Assembly: GCA_002478275.1 (NCBI GenBank)
Contig: DLMY01000054.1
Span: forward strand, 1-60,671
Reading direction: 5' to 3'
DNA length: 60,671 nucleotides
Origin: Actinobacteria bacterium UBA7524
GTDB lineage: Bacteria > Actinomycetota > Coriobacteriia > Anaerosomatales > UBA912
Positions within the stretch are counted from its first letter, which is position 1. Each line of letters begins with the position of its first letter. The translations under genes were made by a program, and so were the position numbers. Below the pieces are notes generated by a model. That model searched no databases. It was not told where the DNA came from and was given only the letters and a program-made list of their open reading frames with translations. This document shows positions 49,436-59,530 of this stretch, one piece after another.

Positions 49436-51492
49436 TACGCTCCCAGCTTCCCTGCCGCGTCGAGCTCGTCTGCCACTGCAGCCAGATCGAGCGCCTCAAG
49501 CGTGGCGCGTGTGGGCCAGCCGGTAGCGGGGTCCCATCCTTCAAGCTCGAAGAAGCGCGTCTTGACGCCTTCCCACTTCTCGCGATCCAGGGTGCGACCC
49601 ACGCAGGTGGAGTAGTCCCAAACGCCATCGATCTTTGCGGGAAGGAAGTACGGCGCGGTGGTGGGCACGCTGTAGACGTATCCGGTGTGTACTTCCTGGT
49701 CGCGATGACGACCCTGCAGCACCCAGATGGCCTTGTCGAGGTTCCAGATCTTGCGACCGAGTTCGAGACTGTCCTCGTAGCTAAGCGCTGTGCCGGTAAC
49801 GGCCTCGAACAGTCGAGGTTCGTAGTCCGGCGTGGCACCCTTGTGGTCCTCGCTGACCTGGTTCACCAGCATCGGCCAGGCGGTGTCGCACATGCCCATC
49901 GACTGGATCCAGAAGCGTGAGTAGTGCCGATGCCACGCAACGGCCGCGATCTTCGCGTCGGCGTAGATGCCGTCCGGGCTGTAGTCCCAGCCCTCCGGCT
50001 CAAGACCGGTGGCCTCGGCGATCAGGTTCACGAGCTGCTCGGCCGGGATGATGGGTGCCTGCTTCACCATCGCCTGAACCTGCGGTGCCCAGTGCACGTG
50101 CGTGTTGAGACCGTGCTCGTTGATGTCGCGGTCTCCAAGCATCGATCCGTAGCTCCACTCCACCTCGATGCGCGGATCGTAGTGCTCCGAGAAGCCCCAG
50201 TTCGGCAGATTGAGAATGCCGCTGGTGGTGTCCTCCTCGTAGCGACCCCACTTTTCCGCCGCACGTGCGAAGCCCTCGGCCAGGTCGGCGCCGATGTCTT
50301 CACGATTGGCGATGGCCTTGGTGTAGGCCTCGATAAACGCGTAGGACTTGTAGTTGTCGAACGGCAGCTTCGTGTCGATCTGCTTGCCCGGGCCGAGGAT
50401 TCCCATCTTGTACAGCGCGAGCAGGTAGCTGTAGTTCTTCGCGTCGTAGTGGTTCAGGCCGAGCTGGTCGAGCAGATGAGTGGCCGCCATGTTCTCGTCT
50501 TGCGTACCCATCATCCAGTAGGTGGACTCTGCGCAGCCGTCACCGTTGGCAACGCCGTTCTCCCAGCGTCGACGGCACGCTCTGAAGCAGCCGATACAAC
50601 CCTGCGGACGGTTGGGGTGGTCCTTGCCCTTCCACATGACGGTGGATGCACCGGGAGACCTGGTGATGATGCCGTAGAACGGAAAGTCGGCCATCGGCGC
50701 CTCGAGAACCGGATCCTCCACGTTGTAGGCAAACCCTGCCTGCAGCTCCATGCGCAGATCCATCAGCGCCGCCGGGTCGGCCACGGGGACGCTGCCGGTG
50801 CCGACAACGCTCACCGCCTTGAGGTTCTTGGAGCCGAGCACACCGCCGAAGCCGCCCTGGCCGGCGCTGTTGCCCGAGTCGTGCAGCAACATCGCGTTGC
50901 GGTTCAGGTTCTCTCCCGCCACGCCGATCGTCACGACGGCCGGGCGCTGTGTGGTGCGGCCGGAGTCGCGGCCGGTCGACATCCCGCGCCACTCGCCATT
51001 CTCGGCCTCGTCGCCGCCCACGATCGACCAGATCTTCTGCTGCGCCTCGTGTGTGTTGAGACCCCAGATGCCTGCCGCATCTTCGATGGAGACCTCGCCG
51101 TTGACGATATTGATCCAGACAGGCTTCTCCGCCTTACCCTGGATCGCAATGCCATCCCACCCGGCGTACTTCAGCTCGGCCGAGAATCTGCCGCCGAAAT
51201 TCGCGCGGGTGAACCAGCCCACCGGATACGATTGGACCCCGATGCCCTGCACCTCGGTGCGTCCTGATGCCGAAGGGGTGAGTGTCCCCGAGAACGGCGA
51301 CGTCATGAACGTGACCACGTTCTCGGGATCGAACCCGTCGATGGTCTTGTCCTTCACCAGATCGAAGAACACCGCCGAGCCCATGCCGTGACCGCCTCCC
51401 CACTGCTCGTACTTCGAGGTGGGGATCTCCTCGATCCTGCCGTCGGTCAAGTTCACATAGAGGATCTTGCCGACGTATCCGCCTGTAGCCAT
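49435..51492 (-). CDS. aldehyde:ferredoxin oxidoreductase family protein (YdhV-like)
   Basis: GYVGKILYVNLT, ELKYAGWDGI, GQGGFGGVLGSKNLKA and GWD..TGWPT. Confidence 0.9.
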   Translation of the reverse strand: MATGGYVGKILYVNLTDGRIEEIPTSKYEQWGGGHGMGSAVFFDLVKDKTIDGFDPENVVTFMTSPFSGTLTPSASGRTEVQGIGVQSYPVGWFTRANFGGRFSAELKYAGWDGIAIQGKAEKPVWINIVNGEVSIEDAAGIWGLNTHEAQQKIWSIVGGDEAENGEWRGMSTGRDSGRTTQRPAVVTIGVAGENLNRNAMLLHDSGNSAGQGGFGGVLGSKNLKAVSVVGTGSVPVADPAALMDLRMELQAGFAYNVEDPVLEAPMADFPFYGIITRSPGASTVMWKGKDHPNRPQGCIGCFRACRRRWENGVANGDGCAESTYWMMGTQDENMAATHLLDQLGLNHYDAKNYSYLLALYKMGILGPGKQIDTKLPFDNYKSYAFIEAYTKAIANREDIGADLAEGFARAAEKWGRYEEDTTSGILNLPNWGFSEHYDPRIEVEWSYGSMLGDRDINEHGLNTHVHWAPQVQAMVKQAPIIPAEQLVNLIAEATGLEPEGWDYSPDGIYADAKIAAVAWHRHYSRFWIQSMGMCDTAWPMLVNQVSEDHKGATPDYEPRLFEAVTGTALSYEDSLELGRKIWNLDKAIWVLQGRHRDQEVHTGYVYSVPTTAPYFLPAKIDGVWDYSTCVGRTLDREKWEGVKTRFFELEGWDPATGWPTRATLEALDLAAVADELDAAGKLGA

Positions 51493-51552
51493 ATCCTTAC
51501 AACCTCCTGCTCGTGATTTCGTTGTATGCCGACTGCGCCTGAATGCCCTGCG

Positions 51553-52308
51553 CTACTTGGCGGCGGGGGCGGGCGCCGGGGCCGGCTGCGGCACGATCTT
51601 GCCCGCGTCGTCAGTGGGGAAGCCGATATGACCCCAGTGCGCGTCCCGAAGGTTGACCTGGTAGCCCTGCTCGGACTGCACCGGGATCTCCTTGGTGAAC
51701 GTGATGGCTTTCATCGGACAGATGGCCACACAGGCCTGCATGCCGTCCGCCCCGCCCTCGTGGTTCCAGTAGGGCGTGTCCTTGCAGAGGTCGCACTTCT
51801 GCGCGTGCTTGTCCTCGTGGTTCCACTGAACCCGCGACGGCGTGAACGGGCACGCGTTCACGCAACGCTCGCATCCGATGCACTTGCGCTCGTCGACCAT
51901 GCGGGCACCCGTCGCTGGGTCGGCGTGCATCGCGCCGGTGGGGCACGCGTCCACGCATGCGGGGTACGGGCACTGACGGCATTGATCCATCTGGAGATCC
52001 TGCGGGAATGTGCCGAACGGGTCTTGCGTGATCTGGATGCGCGCAAGCGAGGTGTTCTCACGCCCGTGGTGAACCAGTGAGCACGCAAGCATGCACGTCT
52101 CGCAGCCTGCGCACTTCTTCGTGTCCACGAGCAGGTAGCCCTCCGAGGCAGGTATGGCATAGACCTCGTCGGGCAACATGAATCCTTTGACGAGCAGCCC
52201 GCCGATCACCAGGCCGAAGCCAGTGCCGCCGATACCGGTGACGAACTCGCGACGCGAAAGGCCCTTGGCCTCGGCGGCGGGTGCGCCAGTGTTCTCCTTG
52301 TCGACCAT
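51553..52308 (-). CDS. 4Fe-4S multicluster electron-transfer subunit with Tat-like signal
   Basis: LSRREF plus hydrophobic stretch; CAGCETC, CRQC..PAC, CIGCERC and KCDLC. Confidence 0.9.
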   Translation of the reverse strand: MVDKENTGAPAAEAKGLSRREFVTGIGGTGFGLVIGGLLVKGFMLPDEVYAIPASEGYLLVDTKKCAGCETCMLACSLVHHGRENTSLARIQITQDPFGTFPQDLQMDQCRQCPYPACVDACPTGAMHADPATGARMVDERKCIGCERCVNACPFTPSRVQWNHEDKHAQKCDLCKDTPYWNHEGGADGMQACVAICPMKAITFTKEIPVQSEQGYQVNLRDAHWGHIGFPTDDAGKIVPQPAPAPAPAAK

Positions 52309-53168
52309 CAGTTGCTTCCTTTCACATCGGTAGACTCGCGACCCTCGAGCTCGGCGATCCAGCCCGCATGCTCGTGGCGCGCGTAGTCGAGGGGCACGTA
52401 GCCGGTGAACATCGAGCGCAGCACGGGCCAGCTCATCGGGAGGATGGCGGCGAAGAACACGTGCGCGAGGAAGAACGCGAGCATCGCTACCGTGGCGATG
52501 TCATGCGCTGGTGTGGCCACGGCGAGCAGCCAGCCCGGGACGTCGATCGCGTGAGCCGCGACTTTGACCAGGCCGGTTGCGATGATCACCACCGTTGAGA
52601 CGAGCGCGAGAACGAAGGCCATCTTCTCGCTCTCGAAGTACTTGCGCTCCGGCGGGAAGGTCAGCTTCTTGAACCCCAGCAGGAGCCCGTAGTGGCGGCG
52701 TGTGTAGTCGATCGCATCGGCCGTCGGGAGATGTTCGGCGAAGCGCTTCTGTGCCAGCGCGGTGTTGGCGGCGTAGTAGAAGGTGCCGAACAAGAACACC
52801 ACCACCGCCACGAAGTGCACGTTCATGGCCGCCCATACCGGCTCCCCGTTCCCGAGAAGCGACGGCACGAACAGAAAGCCGAGTGCGATGCCGGAGGCCA
52901 ACAGCACCGCGGTTCCCACTCCGTGCGTCCAATGCTCGAGGATCGCCGCGTCATCATGACGAAGCACGCGCTCCCCTTCGATCACCGGGTCTTTCCGCTT
53001 CGTGACTCCCGCCGCGAGCACTCCCGCAAACGGCGCGAGCCACACGAGCCATGTCGCCGAGTCGAAGAGCAACTCGGCGCCTTGGACCGAAGCCGAGCGG
53101 ACCGCAAACGCGATGCCGGCCACGAACGCCAGCAACGCAACGGCGCCGACCACGGCACGTCTGCCCAT
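52308..53168 (-). CDS. cytochrome b membrane subunit (FdnI/YdhU-like)
   Basis: RH...EHWTH, conserved TM histidines and LRSMFTGYV..YARHEH..W. Confidence 0.85.
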   Translation of the reverse strand: MGRRAVVGAVALLAFVAGIAFAVRSASVQGAELLFDSATWLVWLAPFAGVLAAGVTKRKDPVIEGERVLRHDDAAILEHWTHGVGTAVLLASGIALGFLFVPSLLGNGEPVWAAMNVHFVAVVVFLFGTFYYAANTALAQKRFAEHLPTADAIDYTRRHYGLLLGFKKLTFPPERKYFESEKMAFVLALVSTVVIIATGLVKVAAHAIDVPGWLLAVATPAHDIATVAMLAFFLAHVFFAAILPMSWPVLRSMFTGYVPLDYARHEHAGWIAELEGRESTDVKGSN

Positions 53169-53452
53169 GCGCACACCCCTTTCCCCTATGGTTGCAGCCG
53201 GCTGATTCCGACCGCTTTTCGAGAGAACCCCATCGTGTCCGCTGCCGGCGGAACCTGCCGATGGGGGCGATACCGTTCATTTATATATCGGTACGCTGCA
53301 TCTCGCTTTCGTACCAGACGGTTTTTGCGATATCGATACTTCCGCAAACTAGCATCCTCCCCTACGCCGCGTCAAGAAGCGGATTCGCCAAACCCGTCAG
53401 CAGATGCTGCTAGACTGCTAGCAGCAGAACGCCGAACCAGGAGGGTGCTCTT

Positions 53453-54817
53453 TTGAGCCCACAGAAGCGTCCCGACCCGGGTCCCCTCACCGAGGAGCAG
53501 GTCCTGGCCGCCACCGAGGTGCTGGAACGCACCAACGTGGCCAAGTTGCTTCAGTCGGCAGGGCAGGACCTTGTCACTGATGAGCGCCTGCTCTCCTCAA
53601 GGCTGTCGGACTCCGTGGACGTCCACACCCTTCGGCGATTCCTGACGGCGCTTATCGGCCCCCTGGCGGATGTGATAGTGCAAGTGCAGCCGGGCTTCAG
53701 CTACTGGGTCTATCCCACGTTGAAGATCAGAAGGACGTTGTCGTTCGTCGACGTATCCTGCACGGCTCATTCCCCGATGGCACTGTGGCTTCGGGACAAT
53801 CCGGCGGCGCTCGTTCAGCTTAGGCTTGAGAGCGCGATCACTTCGAGCCGCATGGACGGCCTCGAGATCGACTTCGAGAGCGCGAAGGAGCTGCTGCTCC
53901 TGTCTCGGGAACCACGAAGCAAGCCCGAGCGGATAGTGGCCAACAGCTTCCAGTTGTTCGGCGAGACCGAGTCCTATGCGCGCCGGGAGTACTCACTTGA
54001 TCTGCTGCTTGAGCTGTTCGCCCGACTGAGCGAGGGGGTGCATGTCCCGAAGGGCTGGCTCGACGAGCCCCTTGCGGCGCCCCTCTCCCCGTCGGTCTAC
54101 CCGCACCCGAATCCACGCGCCGTGCTCGAGCAGCTGTGCCTCATGGCCAACGGCAAGCTCGCGAGCCCGGATGTGCATCCCATGCTCGTCGGCATCCTTA
54201 TGGAGCGCGTCCTCACTGTCTACAATCCGTTCCCGCTTCTGAATGGCACCATGGGACGTCTGCTCTGGCACTACTTCGCGGTGAGCGCGGGCTACCCGGT
54301 ACTGGGTGTGGTCCCGTACTCATCCGCGCTCAACGAGCTTCCGAGGACTCCGGGGCCGCTCACGGTTCCGCCTGCCGACGAACGCGCGAGCCGCGTCTGG
54401 CGACCTGATGCAGATGTGACGCCGTTGATCGACCACCGGCTCCGCGTTGTGGAGCAGGCCATTCTCGACTTGCAGCAGCGCATGGAGACCAAGGACGCAC
54501 AGCACCAGGCGCTGCGCATCCTGTTGACAAGCGACCCCGCTCTCAACCGTCGTCAGCGAAGCATCATCGGACGCGCGCTTCGCATCCCGTCGGCCACATT
54601 CCGAATCCCCTATCACCAGACGTCTCACAGCATCGCCTACTCGACGGCCCGCGCCGACTTCGTGGAGCTTGAGGAGAAGGGCTACCTGATGCGCGAGCGT
54701 CAGGGCCACGCTTTCGTGTACCGGGCGGCACCCGACCTCCGGGAACGCATGGGCAAGCGCGCCGCCGAGGCAATCGGCCAGAGCGCGGCACTCGGCGTGT
54801 GGGGGACGACCCGCTAG
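53453..54817 (+). CDS. Fic-like protein with degenerate motif and C-terminal wHTH
   Basis: ESAITSSRMDG; NPFPLLNGTMGR in place of HPFxxGNGR; STARADFVELEEKGYL. Confidence 0.8.
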   Translation: MSPQKRPDPGPLTEEQVLAATEVLERTNVAKLLQSAGQDLVTDERLLSSRLSDSVDVHTLRRFLTALIGPLADVIVQVQPGFSYWVYPTLKIRRTLSFVDVSCTAHSPMALWLRDNPAALVQLRLESAITSSRMDGLEIDFESAKELLLLSREPRSKPERIVANSFQLFGETESYARREYSLDLLLELFARLSEGVHVPKGWLDEPLAAPLSPSVYPHPNPRAVLEQLCLMANGKLASPDVHPMLVGILMERVLTVYNPFPLLNGTMGRLLWHYFAVSAGYPVLGVVPYSSALNELPRTPGPLTVPPADERASRVWRPDADVTPLIDHRLRVVEQAILDLQQRMETKDAQHQALRILLTSDPALNRRQRSIIGRALRIPSATFRIPYHQTSHSIAYSTARADFVELEEKGYLMRERQGHAFVYRAAPDLRERMGKRAAEAIGQSAALGVWGTTR

Positions 54818-54818
54818 C

Positions 54819-55848
54819 TGAACGGTCCACATAGGTTGTTGACAGGTGAGGACCCCTTCCTGTCGGTTGTTGGTTGTCGAAGCCACAGCCGAAGAGAGGG
54901 GTCCTCGTGCAACATCCTAACGCTCGCCTGTCCGTCTATCAGCGTCAGTTGATCGTCGATCGGGTCGAAAGTGGCTGGACCGTCACCCGCGCGGCGCGAG
55001 CCGCCGGTGTCTCGCGACAGACCGCGAGCAAGTGGGTCAACCGGTTCCGCCGGCAAGGTCCTTGCGCTCTCAGAGACGCGAGTTCGCGACCGGTCCGCAC
55101 GCGTCCACGAGTAGCCCACGAGGTCGTGAAGCGTATCGTGAAGGCCCGCCTGCGGTTCCGTCGCGGGGCTCACTTCACGGGCTGGAAGCTGGGAATCGCC
55201 GGATCCACGGTCCACGTCGTCTTGTGCCGTCTCGGCCTCAACCGCCTGCGCGGTGCAGCTCGCGAGAAGGTCGTGCGCTATGAGTGGCCCGAGCCGGGAG
55301 ACCTCGTCCACCTCGACATCAAGAAGCTCGGGCGCATCGGCGAAGGCGGCGGGAAGCGGGCGCTCGGTCCGGCTGCGAACAACAGGTTCGTGGGGATCGG
55401 ATGGGATTACGTGCACGTCGCGATCGACGATCACTCCCGTCTCGCCTTCGCTGAGATCCTGCCCGATGAGACCGCAGCGAGTGTGATCACCTTCACGGAC
55501 CACGCTTTGGACTTCTTCGCCACCGTCGGCATCACGGTGCGCCGGATCCTCACCGACAACGGGGTCGGCTATCGGTCACACGCGTTCCGCGATCTGCTCG
55601 TCGAGCGCGGGATCACAGCCAAGAGGACGCGGCCGTACCGGCCCCAAACCAACGGCAAGGCAGAGGCGCTTGTCCGGATCATCACGAACGAGTGGGCCTA
55701 TGCCAGGTCGTACCAGAACACGCAGGAACGGACCGAGAGGCTCGGTCCGTTCCTGAGGTACTACAATCTGTATCGACCACATGGAGGCATAGGCGGCAAG
55801 CAACCGATCTCGAGGGTCCAGGCGTAAACAACATCCGTGGACCGTTCA
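54819..55848 (+). mobile_element. IS481-family insertion sequence, 1030 bp
   Basis: 25-bp terminal IRs (21/25 match, tgaacggtccac...gttgtt) and 6-bp target duplication GCTAGC at 54813-54818 and 55849-55854. Confidence 0.93.
54907..55827 (+). CDS. IS481-family DDE transposase
   Basis: HPNARL, HLDIKKLGRI, IDDHSR, LTDNG and PQTNGKAE. Confidence 0.95.
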   Translation: MQHPNARLSVYQRQLIVDRVESGWTVTRAARAAGVSRQTASKWVNRFRRQGPCALRDASSRPVRTRPRVAHEVVKRIVKARLRFRRGAHFTGWKLGIAGSTVHVVLCRLGLNRLRGAAREKVVRYEWPEPGDLVHLDIKKLGRIGEGGGKRALGPAANNRFVGIGWDYVHVAIDDHSRLAFAEILPDETAASVITFTDHALDFFATVGITVRRILTDNGVGYRSHAFRDLLVERGITAKRTRPYRPQTNGKAEALVRIITNEWAYARSYQNTQERTERLGPFLRYYNLYRPHGGIGGKQPISRVQA

Positions 55849-55882
55849 GCTAGCGTTCAGCCCCTGGCGCGGACTGCAGGCA

Positions 55883-56048
55883 GTCGTTGTCGCAGGCGTC
55901 GCCGTCACCCAACGACTGCATGATCCCCGAGTCCCGGAGGGTGCGTCCGAGCGCGACGGAGCGGTACTGGCCTCCCCGGTCCGAGTCATGGACGATATCA
56001 GGACCAGGGCACTGTCTCATCGTCGCCATCCCGAGTGCGTCGACCAGT
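55883..56048 (-). pseudogene. IS3-family transposase fragment
   Basis: minus strand reads LVDALGMA...IVHDSDRGGQYRS...GIMQSLGDGDACDND (HSDRGSQY/DN motifs). Confidence 0.75.
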
Positions 56049-56239
56049 ATCCTGTCATCGTCTTGCCCCGTCCCTCTTGACGGCGTGTCCCATCCCGCAC
56101 CATTCTCGCGCTTGCAGGTAGCTCGCGCTGTGGTCTCGTCCAGCTGGGAGGCCCTCCTTTGCGAAGCGCGAGGAGCACCCGGCCAAAATCGGATGCCCCT
56201 CGGGCGTGATTCGTAGACTCGGCAGCCCTCCGTGTGCAG

Positions 56240-57097
56240 CTACCCGTTTTGCAGCCCTGCGTTCAGCGCGGCCACGTCGCGCGACGCATCGATCCCGTAG
56301 CTGATGTTCAGATCCTGGCCGCTGATGTAGCCGGCCATGTCGCTATTCAGGAAGACCATGGGGTAGCCCATGTCCTCGGGCATGGCGTACCAGCCGTTCC
56401 AACCGGTCAGGTACATGCCCCTGATGCCCGCATCGCCAGCCGCCTCGTCGCCTTGACCCGCGCTCTTGTTGAAGTCGCGCGTGAGTCCCGTCTGGGTGGC
56501 ACCCGGGCTAATCGAGTTGATCCTGATGTATTTGCCGATGAACTCGGGAGCCCATGCCTTCGACTTCACGTAGCTCACCTGCGCGCGCTTCGCCACGCAG
56601 TACGACATGTTCGCCTCGATCTCCGCCTCGTTCGCCTCGGCCCAGGCCTTGGCCTCTTCGAAGGTCGTGGTCGCCAGCAACGGCGCGGTGAAGCTCCAGA
56701 AGTGCTGCCACCCGTACCCGCCGTCGGAAGCGATCATGCAGACCGCGCCCTTCTCGGAGATCCGGGGCAGCAGGGCCTCGATGAAGTAGCGATGCGAGAT
56801 GAAGTTCACGAGCATCACCTTGACGGCGTTGCCGGGGAACATGGCGATGCCATGGCACGTGAAGACCTTGTCTATCCGATCCGGCAGCTGCGCGAGCAGT
56901 TGGTCGATCTGATCCTTGTCGCTCATGTCGACACGGAACGCTTGCTTTACCGGCAGTGCCACCTCATTGAAGTCCGCTGCGTAGACGTTCGCGCCGAGCT
57001 CGAGCAGCAACTCCGTGGCTGCCTTGCCCATACCGGAAGCGGCGCCCACCACGACGCAGTTCTTGCCTTCGTAACCCCAAAGGGCTCTGAGATCCAT
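56240..57097 (-). CDS. SDR-family oxidoreductase
   Basis: VVGAASGMG, YCVAK and IRINSISPG. Confidence 0.92.
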   Translation of the reverse strand: MDLRALWGYEGKNCVVVGAASGMGKAATELLLELGANVYAADFNEVALPVKQAFRVDMSDKDQIDQLLAQLPDRIDKVFTCHGIAMFPGNAVKVMLVNFISHRYFIEALLPRISEKGAVCMIASDGGYGWQHFWSFTAPLLATTTFEEAKAWAEANEAEIEANMSYCVAKRAQVSYVKSKAWAPEFIGKYIRINSISPGATQTGLTRDFNKSAGQGDEAAGDAGIRGMYLTGWNGWYAMPEDMGYPMVFLNSDMAGYISGQDLNISYGIDASRDVAALNAGLQNG

Positions 57098-57107
57098 ACC
57101 TCACCCC

Positions 57108-59291
57108 TTACTTCCAGAGAGCGGCTTTCACATCATCCAGACCCAACCGATCGAGCAGATCAGGAAGCGGCTTACCGGTCTCGAGGTCGTACTCGCTGGC
57201 CTCCAGGTAGGCCTTTCGCATGACTGGCCAGGCACCCTCGAGATCAGGACCCTTGCCCGGGCCGTCCACCTGGTTCATCTTCATGCGCTCGGAGACGCCC
57301 TCGTCGCCCGGCTTCCTTCCACCTGACAGGAGGTTGTAGGCACGCGACAGCGCCCGCGTCCGATCGCCTACCTCGAAGAGCTCCGCAGGCGTGAAGTCCC
57401 ACCCCGCGATGTGCTGGAGCGCCTTGCACATGTTCTCCTGGTTACCGCTCAGGAAGAACATGCACGTACCCACGCAGTCGTTGTAGACCCAGCTCACGCT
57501 GCCGCGCCGTGTCCTGCGGCCGACCGCCTCGGGATCCAGCGGGTTGTACGTCTCGGCATCCAGGCCGAGGTGTGGATCGGGCGTGTCTCCGCCGTAGAAC
57601 GTGCCGGTGTCGGAGACTCCCAGCGCCAGCTGCGTGGACCAGAAGCCGATACCGCGCGAGTCGATCACATTCGAAGCACAGCCCGCGCCCGCCCATACCG
57701 CCGCATCGGCGGCTTCGCTGCCAAGCCGCTCAGAGCCGACCTTCACGCCGTCAGAGAACGTGCCGCCAAAGCCCGTACGCGTGGCGATCTGCTCGAGGAA
57801 AGCTGGCACGTCGTCCGTCTCACCCCAGTTGAACGAGAGACCTCCCGTATCCGCCTTGGTGAGCAGCCCCTTGGAGAACAGCTCGTAGACGAGTGCGAGC
57901 GACCAGGCGGTCTCCTTGCCATCCACCCCGTAGTCTTCCATGACGTTGCCGAGCCACGTGCTCACGCTCAAGTCGTGGTTACCGATGTTGGTCGAGAAGG
58001 CCGCCATCATCTCGTACTCGAGTTCTTCCATCTCGATGCCGGCCTTGGCGCCGTCCTTGAACGTCACCTCGGCGCAGTGGCCCCACGGGCACGCCCAGCA
58101 GGGCTTCTTCTTGCGATCCACCTGCGCGTAGAAGTTCGCGCCGTACCACTTCTCGATGTCGTCCCAGACGTTCGTGGTGAAGTTCTTGATGGGCACGCCA
58201 CCCGTGGGTGCCATGATGTCGAAGTATGCGTACGTGCCGAAGGCCTTGATGGCTCCCCCGAGACCGGACTTGGCGGCCGCCTCTTCGAACACGGGGAACA
58301 GGTCGTTGAGCGCCTGCTTGTCGACCATCGGCACATCGGTTGACGGCGCATAGATGCCAATGGCCTTGAGCTTCTTCGAGCCCATGACCGCACCGCAGCC
58401 CTTCGAAGACACGACGTGCCCGTAGTCGTTGCCGATTGACGCGAAAGACACCAGATGCTCGCCGGCAGGACCAATGCACGCCACCGACGTGCGCTTCTGT
58501 CCGGTGATCTCCTGGATGGCGTCTTGCGNNNNNNNNNNNNNNNNNNNNNNNNNNNNNNNNNNNNNNNNNNNNNNNNNNNNNNNNNNNNNNNNNNNNNNNN
58601 NNNNNNNNNNNNNNNNNNNNNNNNNNNNNNNNNNNNNNNNNNNNNNNNNNNNNNNNNNNNNNNNNNNNNNNNCTCCTGGATGGCGTCTTGCGTCTCCTTC
58701 ATCTTCTTGCCTACCAGGCCGTCGGCGGGGCGCAGCTCGACCTTGTCGCCCTCGATGACCAAGTAGACCCACTCCGGCGAGACGCCCTCGATCACGATGA
58801 TGTCGTTGCCCGTCTGACGCATGCGTGCGCCGAAGAAACCGTTCGCCTGGCTGGCAGTGATGCCGCCGGTGTGCGCCGCCTTCGTCGTGACGTTGTAAAT
58901 GCCTGAGCCAGGCACCTTATTNNNNNNNNNNNNNNNNNNNNNNNNNNNNNNNNNNNNNNNNNNNNNNNNNNNNNNNNNNNNNNNNNNNNNNNNNNNNNNN
59001 NNNNNNNNNNNNNNNNNNNNNNNNNNNNNNNNNNNNNNNNNNNNNNNNNNNNNNNNNNNNNNNNNNNNNNNNNNNNGTGCCGTTGAACGGACCCGCCGTG
59101 AAGAATATCTTGTTCTCCGGCGACCGCCAGTCGGTGTCGACCGGCACCTCATCCCACAGCATCTTGACGCCGATGCCGTGGCCTCCGATGTACTTCCTCA
59201 GGACCTCAGGGTCGGTCTTCTCCCTCTTGATCTCGCCAGTGGTCAGGTTGACTCTCAGGATCTTGCCTTGCCATGGACTTTCCGCACCCAT
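57108..59291 (-). CDS. aldehyde:ferredoxin oxidoreductase (spans two assembly gaps)
   Basis: GKILRVNLT, YIGGHGIG, CIGPAGE, GAVMGSKKLKA, CWACPWGHC and ELEYE. Confidence 0.88.
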
Positions 59292-59530
59292 AGTCGTCCA
59301 CTCCCTTCGCGACGGACGCGAACGCGCCCGCCTACCGATGCCGGCCGGTGGCGGTGGGGCCACGAGCGAGACCCGACCAACCTGAGCCTACGTCGCGCGG
59401 AAGGGATGGCGGAAATGAACTCTGGGCATGTGTTGCGTTTCTGCCATGCCAAATGGGCATACTTCTCGTTGAACAGCTGCAGTCGTGAAGCCGAGGCGGT
59501 CTGCTCGACGAGAATCAGGCAGGTGAAGGT

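Noticed and set aside
58509..59076. Fragmented second AOR (possible pseudogene)
   Set aside because: Breaks coincide with N-gaps; the first has duplicated flanks and the second joins plausibly as FNGT-KVPG.
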